Below, piece after piece: positions 1 through 12,500 of a stretch of DNA of 64,000 nt. How positions within the stretch are numbered: the stretch's first letter is position 1; each line of letters starts with the position of its first letter. The notes below the pieces were generated by a model, which saw only the letters and a program-made list of their open reading frames with translations, was not told the origin of the DNA and ran no database searches. Origin of the DNA: Flaccisagitta enflata (Eukaryota); assembly GCA_965153355.1 (NCBI GenBank), contig OZ231126.1:7068001-7132000 (forward strand), written 5' to 3'. A program made the position numbers and the translations under genes.

Positions 1-2
1 CA

Positions 3-401
3 AAGAATTTCACAGCAAGGATCACTTACCACGGAATCTTCACAGGGGCCAAGCCATTAGACCCAAGTCTGGGCCGAGAATTGTCATCACCTGAGGATTT
101 TGTGTCACTAAACCTTGACACGAGATACACTCACCTCATTCACGTGAATGAGTGGAAAGTCAATGTCCAAATTAAAACAATTACGACAACTGTTGAGAAG
201 GAATTCACTTCCAGTGATACCGCTGAAACAGTTTTGAAGTATGTTGAGGAGCAGGCTGGTGTCAAAAAACTGGTTTTGCACTATGACAAAAAGAAGATGG
301 GCAAATCTGACAGCATTGGATCGGTTTGCAAGGGTACAACATGCCAATTGGTAGCATTAGATCCTAGAAGTAGAGAACAAAGAGACAGGTTTCTCTCCTG
401 A
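3..401 (+). CDS. Terminal coding segment of an upstream gene ending in a ubiquitin-like domain (5' end outside window)
   Basis: Frame is open from base 3 (KNFTARITYHG...) to TGA 399-401. VNVQIKTITTTVEKEFTSSDTAETVLKYVEEQAGVKKLVLHYDKKKMGKSDSIGSV...TCQLVAL resembles ubiquitin ([29 protein letters not shown]...RLIFAGKQL...TLHLVL). No terminal GG. AATAAA signals follow at ~612-621. Confidence 0.65.
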   Translation, partial: KNFTARITYHGIFTGAKPLDPSLGRELSSPEDFVSLNLDTRYTHLIHVNEWKVNVQIKTITTTVEKEFTSSDTAETVLKYVEEQAGVKKLVLHYDKKKMGKSDSIGSVCKGTTCQLVALDPRSREQRDRFLS

Positions 402-611
402 GGCAGTCGCACATGCCAATTGGTAGCATTAAATCCTAGAAGTAAAGAGAGAGACAGGTTCCTTTCATAACTTCGTTGCCCATGATGGAGTTGCAATGTT
501 AGGAAGGAAAACTTTTTTGTATATTTTTTTCTAAATAGGATGTGTGTTATTACTACCTTGATCAAAACTCTTCGTCCACCTGTTATCACTTATAACTGTG
601 TATCTCAATGA

Positions 612-621
612 AATAAATAAA
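612..621 (+). terminator. Overlapping polyadenylation signals (AATAAATAAA) of the upstream gene
   Basis: Two overlapping AATAAA hexamers ~210 nt after the stop codon. Confidence 0.45.
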
Positions 622-724
622 AGAAAAATTGGCAAGATTCAAAAATTAGATCAAAAGTTCTGTCAGTTGTTACCAATCTGGTCCCTGTGGCTCCAACCTT
701 ATAGAAATCAGAGCATTTTGAAAG

Positions 725-1659
725 TAACTATGGCAAAATAAAAAAAGACAGTAATTTTTAAAATGATATTGTGAGCTCATTTTTTAGAGCAGCTTTTTAA
801 TTTTCGAGACTATGATAGTTTGTCAAATTTGCTACCTAGCAAAAAAATCAGATCTTGAAAAAATTGATTTTTGCGCCCATAGCATTGATTTTTGAAAAAT
901 TTGTATATTGAACAATTGCCAAGTTGATATCAGTTTCAGTTTAGATCTAACTTTGAAAATCTACTGTGAGCTCAATTTTTAGAGCAAGATCAAAATTTTT
1001 GACACAGTGAAAAAATCAGAACTCAAAAAAGTTTATTTTTGTAGCTGCAACATCGATTTTTGTAAAATCAGTTGAAGTTGGATGGTCAAAATAAAAAAAC
1101 ATTTATTCAGAATTGATTTCAAATGTTAATTTTTTTTGTAGCTTCATATTTTTTTTTAGATGATGATAGTATGACAAGTTTTTGACACAGCAAAAAAATC
1201 AGAACTCAAAAAAATGTATTTTTGCACTAGTATCATCAATTTTTGTGAATAGACCTCCAATAAAAACTTTAGAATTGATATCCAGTTTTGACAGATTTTA
1301 CAAGAATTGATGTAGAAGGTACAAAAATAGACTTTTTTGAATTATGATTTTTTTGCTATGTCAGAAATTTGACCTGCTATTACCATCTCATAAATATTGA
1401 TCTTGCTATTAAAATTGAGCTTAGAGTAAATTTTTAAAGTTTGATCTGAACTGAAACCTATTTGGCGGTTGTTCAATTGACAAATTTTGCAAAACTCAAT
1501 GCTTCGGGCGCAAAAATCAATTTTTTCAAGATCTGATTTTTTTACCAGGTAGCAAATTTAACAAACTATCACAGTCTCAAAAATTATAAACCTGCTCTGA
1601 AAAATAAGCTCACAATATCATTTTGAAAATTACTGTCTTTTTTTATTTTGCCATAGTTA
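725..1659. mobile_element. Foldback/MITE with long inverted arms
   Basis: taactatggcaaaataaaaaaagacagtaattt at 725 is mirrored by aaattactgtctttttttattttgccatagtta ending at 1659; inverted similarity continues inward for ~350 bp. Confidence 0.8.
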
Positions 1660-3875
1660 ACATACCATTTTTGAAAATGCAGAAAAAAAACTGATTTTTT
1701 TTCTTGATGGAAGGCTGAATACATGGCTGCCAAAGTTTTGTGCGGGTGGGCAGGTGCAGAGATAAAACATGCTAACTCAAGCGTTTGGGCAGGAGCAGTG
1801 AGGCAAAAGATGCCCAAAAACACCAAAAATGCTAAAAAAAGCGAGCATGCGACTAAAGATACATGCTGTAGTAATATTTTGCCTAAAAAAGTCTGTCACC
1901 TTGTATTTTGCATCATGATAAACATGTATGGCCTAAGAACTAGATCATTCATCCCATCTTAAATCAGAATTGAGGGGTTTTAAGCAAAATAATAATTTGT
2001 TTTAAAGACTGAACAAGGTCATTAGACATAAGTCGCGTGTTGGCACTTTTAAAAACACACAAACATTTTTTTACAAAAAGACATTTGAAATGACCATTTA
2101 CTCCACAAAATTTTTTTTCTACCATTTAGAAACATAAAAACGCTTTAATAAACCTCTAAAACAGTTTTGTGATGGACCGACCGACCAACCAACTAACCGA
2201 TAGACCGATGGACCGACAGACAGACCGAAAAGTGGCTTATAGAGTCGCGTAGCACGCAACTAAAAACCTAACTTGATAAGCTTGATAAACCACGGGAAGA
2301 TTACCTAAAACGACACTACAAATGATTTCCCATTCAAAGTATAGGGTCAAAGAAATCAATGAAATTGTTAGTGTTTTTTAAATTGATTTACTTTTTCTCA
2401 AGGTGGACAAAGACTTTTGATCAAGATAATATTTGTATGTGTTTGTTTTGTCATATCTCGATTGCGATCACTCATTGTAAAGGTTCTTCAGGTGAAACAG
2501 CGGGGAGACAATAGAAATTACGGCAACAACCTTTTATAATTAAACTAAATCATCTTATAAATTTCAGATTTTACATCTTTAAGATATATATGGAATAATA
2601 CTAATTAACTAAACAGAAAAAGTAATTCAATTAATAACTAGATTTGAATTACTGTTAAACCATTTGCATTTTAATAGAATGTTGGCATAATTCTCAATTT
2701 CTGCCAGCCAATTTCCGGAGCAGCCTAATTTACCATCGCATTTGAATTAGCATATGACGGCAAGCATCTGAAAGCAAGATTTAGTGTGTCAACAGGAGTC
2801 AAAATAGAAAATTTCACGACAATAGAAATGAAAAATAACATATAAAATATCATTGTAAGTTATCATGATAAATATTTGATTGCAAAATTTGCATTCAAAT
2901 TGGACAAAGGAGCAAGTATTTATACCATTAACTTTATATATTCACTGGAAAATTTCTAAAATTTCTTATTTGTTCACTGATAGGAGGCTTGTTAAAATTA
3001 TAACTTTGCATTGAAAATGAAAAAAATACAAAAATGAAGAACATAGCCGCCTTCCAAAATCATGGAGGCGGCTATGTTTTTGATAATGCAAAATTCCTCT
3101 GCATTTGTGAGTCTTATAATTTTAACAGCAGCAATTGGATAAAAAGTGTAACAAAATTTCATTAAAAACCCTTTTATCTTTGGTTTTCTCATGTGAATTG
3201 TTGATTTTAAGATTCTTTTGAGGTCAGCATATGACAAAGACATACACACAGTGTGTTTCTGGAGATAATTTGTCTCTTGAAAATATTTTTAGCATCATTA
3301 TTATTCAACTATAGCTGAAAAATATGAGGCGAAACACTAAATGTGGCATCAAATGCTCGCCATCATATTGTAAAAGTTTGCTTATTAGCATCTGCATCAC
3401 TGCGCGTGGCTTTTTACTTTTTCACAATCTTACGAAGACGAAATATCTAAGGAGAGATAAACTGTAATTTTCTTTACCGATGAATTGTTAATGAATCAAA
3501 TTTGATACTTACGATACACTAGAAATAGAATGCTTCTATTGTCATGTAAATATTGTCTTACTAATTTCGTATTTTTTCACAAAATCATGTTGAGCAGGAC
3601 AGAAACAAGAAGACATCTAAGATCATAGACAACAAGTGACAAAGCCAGACAAAAGGCGAACAAATTAGAATGGCGGAAAAGCTTGAGTAAAGGAATCAAA
3701 GGGATAATTCGTGCATCATCGGGTAAAATTCTAAAAACGTTTTTCACGCTTCTCACATACAGTGACTGAGAGTATGTTGCAGATTTGTCACGCATGCAAA
3801 AGTAAGCATTATCAAAGATTTTGCGGTAGATAGCGTAGTAAGCAACTCGAAGTTGTCTCATGTCGTTTTTATCAT

Positions 3876-4063
3876 GAACAAGGCCGGATACACGACTACC
3901 AGTGTCGCGTGCGGGTGGGCAGGGGCAGTAATGTCAAAGGCTACCTTGAGCATTCGGGCGGGAGCAGTAATGAAAAGACGCCTAAAAATGCCAAAAAAGC
4001 CAACGGAGACCGACCGACCGACCCACATAGCGGGCCATAGCGTCGCGTAGCACGCGACTAAAA
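3876..4063 (-). mobile_element. HINE/DINE-like family A short element (representative copy; ~30 copies in window)
   Basis: Element-strand layout: TTTTAGTCGCGTGC-ACGCGAC hairpin, (GTCC/GTCG)n microsatellite, ACTGCTCCTGCCCA, CCTGCCCACCCGCACGCGAC subTIR, GCCGTGTATCCGGCCTTGTT 3' stem-loop, T-rich flanks. Other copies near 1723, 2013, 12420, 14477, 17297, 19987, 20345, 22043, 28275, 29367, 45077, 45724, 46650, 46970, 48320, 49226, 50045, 51167, 57920, 58408. Confidence 0.75.
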
Positions 4064-4380
4064 ATTGAACATCAATCACTTCGATGCCTTAGCATGTCTC
4101 AACTCTTCTTTGTAGAAATGAGACAGTTTAAGAATACTTAATTGTTTGCAAAGTCACAAGGAAGTTTTGAATTGATTCGGCGATTAGTTCTTAAGTGTGA
4201 TAACCACTGATGAATAGACTAGATTTTGACTAGTTCATATGTTCTTGGAATTATACAACGCCAGCAGCAAGGTCCTCGGCTGGCCCGAGCGTGAAACCGG
4301 AAGTTCGTTCCGGTTGCGGAAAAGGGGCAGGGTCGCCCTATAACGATAATGGGCTGCTTGGCCGTGACGGTAACGGTATT

Positions 4381-4552
4381 GAGAAGAAGAAGAAGAGGAA
4401 GAAGAAGAAGAAAAAGAAAAAGAAGAAAAGAAAAAGAAGAAAAGAAAAAAAATGAAAAGAAAAAAAAGAAAAGAAAAAAAAGAAGAAAGAAAAAAAGGAA
4501 AAAAAGAAGGAGAAGAAAAAAAAAGAAGAAAAAAAAGGAGTAAAAGAGGGAA

Positions 4553-4620
<68 letters not shown>
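4381..4620. repeat. (GAA)-rich purine tract followed by (CT)n microsatellite
   Basis: Directly visible. Confidence 0.95.
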
Positions 4621-4623
<3 letters not shown>

Positions 4624-4811
4624 TCCTGCCCCTGCTTACATCTCCTTGTCTGTCTGTCTGTCTATTCATCAGTCTGGCACGTAATATGTTCCTCTTAAAA
4701 ATGTGAGGTTGTCTAGCGTATTTTTGAAGTTGTAACCACAGATGAGTAAATACAGATACTTATGATTGTAAGACCCGTCCCATACCGTACCGTCCCCGAC
4801 ACGATATTTCA

Positions 4812-4874
4812 ATGAATTGCATCGCTACGCCACGTGGCGGAAAATGGCGTTGTTGCAACGTCCACGGGATAGAG
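4812..4874 (+). CDS. Candidate first coding exon of the SLC9C-like gene (MNCIATPRGGKWRCCNVHGIE)
   Basis: CpG-rich patch with GCCACGTGGC and AAAATGGCG motifs; ATG 4812 to GAG|gtttac (phase 0) joins in frame to acceptor ttag|5106. An alternative (ATG 4844 to AG|gt 4902, acceptor 5107) is also in frame. Confidence 0.3.
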
Positions 4875-4902
4875 GTTTACCGCAGTGTCACGCTCGGCCT
4901 AG

Positions 4903-5026
4903 GTGTGTGTGTGTGTGTGTGTGTGTCTGTGTCTGTGTCTGTGTGTGTCTGTGTGTGTTTGTGTGTGTGTCTGTGTGTCTGTGTGTGTCTGTGCGTGCTT
5001 GCGTGCTTGCGTGCTTGCGTGCGTGT
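4903..5026. repeat. (GT)n compound microsatellite
   Basis: Directly visible. Confidence 0.95.
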
Positions 5027-5105
5027 TTTGTGTAGTTTTTTTGTGTGTTCTTTTGTCAAACGACTGAAAAGCCGCTAGGAATCTATCATTAATTCCTCTC
5101 CTTAG

Positions 5106-5257
5106 AGATTTCTGAGATTAGCCGGGCTTTTAAAAATCCCGGGAGGAATTTTTTGTCACGAATATTCCGAGGTGTTGACGTTATTGTATGGAAAAAGCCT
5201 GGGAAGCCTGAAAAAGCTTGGACTGACCGTCAACTTGATCTTATCAGGATTTGAACG
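5106..5257 (+). CDS. Candidate N-terminal exon of the SLC9C-like gene (RFLRLAG...[12 protein letters not shown])
   Basis: Acceptor cctctccttag, donor CG|gtaaga; open frame; phase 2 fits exon 9585; could supply TM1. Confidence 0.45.
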
Positions 5258-5304
5258 GTAAGATTATGAGAGTCCATCTATAATTCTTTTGACTTGTGAA
5301 AAAA

Positions 5305-5406
<102 letters not shown>

Positions 5407-5649
5407 ATGCTGTATCTCTCCGTTCATGCCGTACATCTTTTATGCACGGGCAGAAAATGGTCCAAAGAGGCAAAGACAAATAACCTTGTACAGGGTTCAA
5501 CTGTGCTGTTTTCATATCCATAAAAAGCGGATTTCCGTTACTCTTAGGTCTGATATAGCGAGGTGTAACTGTATTTCATTATAACTCCCGAGGTACACTT
5601 GCTCATGCGATTCAAGTCTTGGATTGAGAAATGATTTCAGACAGGACAG

Positions 5650-5720
5650 ATGGCAGCAGCTCACTTCTGTGGGATTTCCCGCCTCACGATGAACCAACGC
5701 CGAAATTCAACAAAAAACCG
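5650..5720 (+). CDS. SLC9C-like alternative start exon (MAAAHFCG...STKNR)
   Basis: First ATG after in-frame TGA 5632; donor CG|gtaaac, phase 2 fits exon 9585; acceptor cttag at 5547. Confidence 0.4.
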
Positions 5721-8700
5721 GTAAACAAATCCATCGCATAGACAACTTGGCTCAACACAACTATCCTCATGTGGCCTGTGGCTCACTTGACTTGACGCAA
5801 CTCTCCTCACGTGCCTTACTTGAATTGACGCAACACTCCTCGCGTGGCTCATTTTGCTCATAACGCAACTTCCCTCACTTGACTTACCTGAGTCACATGA
5901 CTCAGCGCATCTCTTCCCGGACCCCACTTAGCTCACTTGGCTCAATGCAACCCTCCTCAGTTGACTCAACGCCTCTCTCCTCACGTCACTCGGCTCACAT
6001 TTAGAATCTTTGCATTCAAGTGGGATGCTCATATGTACGCGGCTGATTAATGTGCGCGCTCGTGCGCGTGTGCGTGTGCGCGTGTGCGTGCGCGTGTGCG
6101 CGTGCGCGTGTGCGCGTGCGGGTGCTCATGGGTGTAGGAGACGCCACATCCACAATGTCCATGGACGTGATGAAAGTCGTTCTTGAAAATTCAGTCGGTC
6201 TTGAAAAAGGAGTGATTCTAGGTTGAAAAATTAAAAATTGCCTTGAAAGACAGCTTAAGAAGACATCCAAGGATCGCACATGGTCAGCGGTACCCGATGC
6301 CCTGCTTAGAGTGATCAGCTGAAGAAGTAGAGTGAGAGCAGGGCAGCGGCCCTAAAGGGCTAATGTCCTGTAGGACACAGGGGTGAATGTCCTTACGTCC
6401 TTAGAAGGCATATTTCAAGCCTTTGGGGCAATTTTCCATGATATTCAATGGGAGTTATATTTTTTTTATAATTTCTTGTCAATTTTCCATGTTATTCAAT
6501 GAGAATTTCATCTTTTTTTTTTCTTCAATGTTCCATGCTATCCAGTAAGAATTTTGCATTTTTTTCATTTTTTGTTAATTTTCAATGTTATTCAATGGGA
6601 AATTTACATTTTTCTATTTTTTTGTAAATTTCCAATTTTATTCAATGGGAAGTTTGCATTTTGACATTTTCCTATGTTATTTGATAGGATTTGAGAATTG
6701 AGAAGCTGGGGGGGGACGTACATACGTACGTACGGACGGACGTAAGGAAATTCACCCCTGTGTCCTACAGGACATTAGCCCTTTAGAGTTTGTTTGAGAA
6801 ATAACAAAAAAACCTTTCAAGAAGGAATGTTTTCATTCATGAATGATCCAAAAAGTGAAAAAAAATAATCTTTTTTAAAGTTTTCACATTTCACGTAAGT
6901 CGGTCTTGAACCTGACTTGGTCTTGAAATGCAAGATGGACGTGGCAAATTTGAGAGCTCTCCTTCATCCATGCGTGTGCTCGCGTGTGTGTGCGAGCATC
7001 ATTTTAACTTTTCAGCAGGGATGTATATAGTTGCACGACCTTTGATTTCTTCCCCCCCTGGTCCTTTAATTTTCTTCCCCACGGAGTCAAACTACTTTTG
7101 ATTTTCTTCCCCATATACCCCCTATATACTAATACAGTAATATTTTGGTTTGAATAGTATGAAATAGTGTTGTGGTGACTAAATATTACATTTTAGTACT
7201 GCCAAAGTGTTATATCTTCTACATTTTTCTGTTTTTGATTTTCTTCCCCATATCCAAGTCCTTTGATTTTATTTCCCTCCCCCCTGCCGGGGGGGGAGGG
7301 AATATGCAACTAGCTATAAACAGGCCTGCTTTTCAGAGTGTAACGATTTTGGAGATAACGTTGTCTTTATTCGTGGCAGCTATTCTTAAATATGTCATGG
7401 AAAATAGCTTTTTGAGGTAAATTAACCGAATAGGTCATTCCATCTGTCCGCTGGTTCTTCTGTCCCTAGATATGCCTCTTTACGCAGCATCTTTCCATCT
7501 CTGCGTCACTGCCCCTGCCCAACAGCGTGCTAACAATCTGCCCTAAAGCACGCGGCCGATCCGCTGGGCATAACTACCCCTGCCCACGTGGTCGATCCGC
7601 TGCGCATAACTACCCCTGCCCACGCGGCCGATCCGCTGCGCATAACTACCCCTGCCCACGTGGTCTATCCGCTGCGCATAACTACCCCTGCCCACGCGGC
7701 CGATCCGCTGCGCATAACTACCCCTGCCCTCGCGGCCGATCTTTGTCCGCTCGTCCTTCAGTTCGTTCGTTCGTTAACCAATGCAACGAATCTTGTTAGG
7801 GAATCGACGTATCGAGAGAAAGAGTAGAGAAAGAAGCAGTGAGGTCAAAGGAGACAGGAGAAGGAATAGAAAGAGGAGAGAAAAGAGTGAAGTTCGGCGC
7901 AGGGGCCGGTGAAGGCGGCGGCGCCGGTGGCGGCCGACCACGACGCCAGCGCTGAGGCGGAGGTGGCGGGGGCGGCGGCACATCAAAGGAAGGATGGAAA
8001 GAGAGAAAGGATGCGACTTCTTCCGGAAAGGTCCACAGATCATCGGTGACGAGTTGAGTTGGTCGGGCAGGGCAATTGAAAAGGTGGTCGACATTCTGAG
8101 GGAAATACCAGCACTGAGGGCATAAATCGTCCTGCGTCTTTCCTATCCTAAACTGAAAATCTTTAAGACGACTGCAAAATCCAGATCGGAGCTGGGATAA
8201 GGTGACTCGGGTGATGCGTTGTAGATGCCGTTCTTTTTTGCTTATTGGTGGAGGCTTAGCACCCAAGACTCGATTGTGACCTTGATTGTTGATTGCTTTT
8301 GTGACCACGTCAGTGTGCAGACTTTTGATCGTGTCGCCATACGATCCCGGCGCGATCACCCCATTGGCGTCGAGATAAGGCTGGACATCGTTATAGACTT
8401 TTGATTGAAGTGTTTCCTTCATACGACGTCTCCCCGACCCACGGGTCACGACCTCGTGGGAGGGATGATGCGGCTGGAGACATCTGGCCAAGAATTGGCT
8501 TGAAAGAAGATGTAGATGGTCACTGACAGGAAGCTCCTGGGCTTCAGCGTGAAGGTGGTCGATGGAGGTAGCTTTGTGGCAGCCAAGGACGAGACGAAGG
8601 GCGCGGTTCTGGATTTTTTGCAGGCGCACAATTGATGAATCCGAATAATTCGGGTACACTATGGGCGCTGCGTAGTCGAAGAGAGACCTGATGTACATTT

Positions 8701-9508
8701 TGAAGGTGCTTAAAAGACATTCTTTGTCCTTGCCAAATGAAGTATCGGCCAAAGCCCTCAAGAGGTTGATCCTGGAAGCCGCCTTGCGAGCGACAGCCGA
8801 TGAATGGGCGGAGAACGTGAACAATGGGTCCAAAGTGACTCCAAGCAGCTTGGGGTTTTTGACTGTGGGAATTGGCTCACCGTTGACACTGACGTTTAAC
8901 TGGGCATTCACTTGTCCTTCAGTCAATTAGTTCGTCGCGTCATTGCGTTCGTTGGTCCGACTCTCTCAAGTTAGAGTGAAAACGCCTCTACCTCTGCCCA
9001 TGCGTCCGCGACGATTTTGTACTCTCCACCCCCACCCCCCCCACCCCCACCCTCACCTCCCCCCCCCAAAAAAAAGATAAGAAGAAAATCTCTTTGGCTT
9101 TTTAGTTGCGGACACGACACTCTATAAGAGGCTTTGTCCGTCTGTCCGTCGGTCCATTGGTCCGTCCGTCCGTCCGTCGGTCCTTCATGCTCAAGTTGAA
9201 ATCGCGAAAAACGCGCATTTATGAGATTTCCGGTGTTATTGTATGTGTGTGGGAGTGTGAGTGAGTCGCAGGGGTGTGGTTAGGGTGGGGTTGAGGTGAG
9301 GCTGGGGGTTGGATGCCCCTACCCACCCGTCCGCAACGATATTGTGACCCCGCGTCACTTGTTTGTCTTTGCCACTATGGAAATGATGACTATGGAAATG
9401 ATGACTATGGAAATGATGACTATGGAAATGATGGTCAGCATTTCCGCTCGTTGATCCTTCTCTCGGCCTGCTTCTAGACTTGTTTGAGAAAAGGTCTAAT
9501 CAACTACA

Positions 9509-9549
<41 letters not shown>

Positions 9550-12500
9550 CTCTCTCTCTCTCTCACATACACACGCTTCCACAGGAGAATCCCGTTCATT
9601 ATTGGACTTATTTTATGTACAGCAATATTTGAGGGATGCACTCACTTATTGGAAAAGTCCAGCTTTACAAACGTAAGCTTAACTTTTGTGAAAAAAGCCA
9701 GTAACGTCTGTAAGAATGCATCTCTATCCGTCGGTCTGTCCGGCGTTTCGTCCGTCAGTCTGTTTGTCGGTCACGCATTAAGTCAACGATGCTTTCGCCG
9801 CAAATACTGACCTTTTTCTTCTCAGGAGGGGGGAGGTTGGTGGCAGCTACTTACATTCCTGATCCTGGTCAGTTCACCCGTCACCTGAATTACGATTGTC
9901 TCAAAAGCATCAGGGGAAGGGGATGAAGTCCCGTAGAACACAGGGGGACTTTTGTTCGTCCATTCATCCGTTTGTCCATCCATGAGGCCTGAGAGGGGTG
10001 TGGGGGCGGATTTAAAAGCCTGAGAAGGCAGATTTGAAGCTAAAGAAGATTTTTTTGAGAGGGCTGATTTGAGCCTGAGGAGGCCAATGTGAAACCTGAG
10101 GCCCATATTTGAGACCTGAGAGGCCTTATTAGGGACCAGATTTGAGGCCTGGAAGGCCCGATTGAGGCCTGAGAGGGCTAGGGGGGATTTGAAGTCTAAG
10201 ATGCCTGATTGGAGGCCTAACAGGTCGCCCAAGGGCAATATATGGTCAGCAATACCCTTTGCCCTGCTTTGAGTGATTGTCAGTTGGAGTGAGGGGAAGC
10301 AGGGCAGCGGTCCCGAAGGGGACAAAGTCCTGTAGAACACAGGGTGACTTTCGTTCGTCCTGCCTTACGTGGATGAGATGCTACATAGAGGGTTTACTGA
10401 AGGCCTTCAAGAGCTTAAATTGAGATCTAAGAAAGCTGATGTAAGGCCTGAGAATGTCAATTGGAAGCTTGAGAGGATTAACTTGCGGCCTAATTTGAGG
10501 CATGAGAGGACAGGTTTGAGGCATGGGAATTTCGATTTGAGTCCTGTGAAACCTAATTTGAGTTCTGAAAGGCCAGGTTTGAGACCTGAGAGGTCGGATT
10601 TGAGGCCTGAGAGGCCGGATTTGAGGCCTGAGAGGCTGGATTTGAGGCCTGAGAGGCTGGATTTGAGGCCTAAGAGGCTGGATTTGAGGCCTGAGAGGCC
10701 AGATTTTAGGCCTGAGGGGCCTTATAAGGGGGGGACGAACGAACTAACTAACAACCAAACTAACCAACGGACGAATGAATGAAAGTCCCCCTGTGATCTA
10801 CAGGACTTCATCCCCTTCGGGGTTGGGTGCTTCACATAGCAAAAGTTGCTTATTTCTTTTCATCCTCTTTACCTAATGTGGAGTGAGCAATTTTAGGACC
10901 TTTACCATTTTTCTTTTATCAAAAATTGTTCATCTTCCGTTTTTTAGAAAATTGTTTTTGAGAGCCTAATTTGTATATTGCAGTGGGATAAAAAAGTATG
11001 CTGATCTTCTCTGAATTAGCTTTTATAAACTTCTGCTGTTTAGAGAATTGTTAACCTGCTTTTTCACAAGCTCTTACGTAACTTATGCTCTGATATTTTG
11101 ATTTATTTTTACAAAAATCATGGTTTTCTAAAACTAACAATTGTTCCTTTTGTAACAAGACTACACAGGATTTTGCTGAATTCTGGGAAATCTGAGTAAA
11201 CTTTAAAGCCAAAACAAAAACGGAAGATAAAGGAATTTTGAGAAAAGGAAAACGGTCATCTTCATGATTTTTTTCACTCCATATTGGGTTAGCGGGACGA
11301 GAAGAAAATCAAATTTTTTGCTATGCGAAGCACGCAACCTTCGGGGCCACTGCCCAAAAGGCCTGATTTCATGCTTGGGAACCTTGATTTGAGGTCTGAG
11401 AGGCCTGATATGAGGCTTTGGAGGCGTGATTGGAGGTCTGAGAGGTCTGGTTTGAGGCCTAAGAGGTCTGATTGGGGGACTAACAAAAGAATGGACTAAC
11501 AGGTAAACAAAAGTCCCCGTTCAGGGCCGCTACGCAAAAAGTCATCCAAGGTCAGCGCCCTGCTCGGAGTGATCAAGTGAAGTAGAGGAGCAGGGCAGTA
11601 GCTCCAAAGAGTGGATGTCATGTGGGACACAGGGGTGAATTTTCAGTTGTCCAGAGGGGGAATATATCATGCCTGAGGAGACTGATTGAGGTTATTGAAG
11701 GTAGTTCAGAGGTCTGGAGGGTAGATTCAGGCCTGAATAGCAGATTTGAGGTCTGGAGGGCAGATTTCAGGCCTGAAGTGCGGATTTAAAGTCTGTAGGC
11801 AGGCTTGAGGCCTTGATGCCAGATTTGAGGCCTGGAGAGCTGATTTCAGGTCTGGAGGGTTGATTTCAGGTCTTGTGGGTTACATTGAGGCCTAAATTGA
11901 GGGCTGGAAGGGCTAGTTTGAGGCCTAAGATTGCTGATATGGGGCCCAGATGGTCAATGGGAGAGGGGGGGGGAATGGATGGAAGAATGAATGGAAGGAC
12001 AGACAGATGGACGGATGTCTGGAAATTCACCCCAGGGTCCTTCAGGATAATTGCCCCTTGGGGCCGCTGCCCAAAAATGAGGAGAATAGATTTCCCGGTA
12101 CATGAAAGCATAGGTCACTTCTATAGTTGTCTCCTTCAGGGCCGCTGCCCAAGAACGATAAGCAGGCCTATTCTTAGTCATTTCTCTAAGCGGGACAACC
12201 GGGCCCGCCACTCCAAATTTCAGCATGCTTGACACAGAAACTTCGAGCCCAGTAAAATATTTTTTGATTTCTTTCCCAAATGTGCTAACTTTTTTATAGG
12301 ATTGCCATCAGCTCTTTTCTTTGTTCTTTGAAAGTAGCACGAGACAGAATATTCAGAATGTTGTTTTAGTATCATTCTGTTTCACAAATCGACTTACTGA
12401 TCACAGTGATTTGGAAGAAAACAAGGCCGGATACACGGCTACCAAAGTCGCGTGCAGGTGAGCAGGGGCAGTGATGGAACATGCCTACTATAGCATTTAG

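Noticed and set aside
3876-4063. Family A as a tRNA-derived SINE
   Set aside because: No A/B boxes, tail or TSD; subTIR, microsatellite and stem-loop layout fits Helentron-associated elements
7548-7741. CRISPR-like periodicity (also the 15-kb and 52-kb arrays)
   Set aside because: No unique spacers, eukaryotic context, no cas genes; ordinary tandem repeats
10369-10782. 137-aa ORF with LRPERLD repeats (also 33686, 40564, 56321)
   Set aside because: Open only because the 21- or 20-bp arrays inside non-autonomous elements lack stops; no splice or homology support
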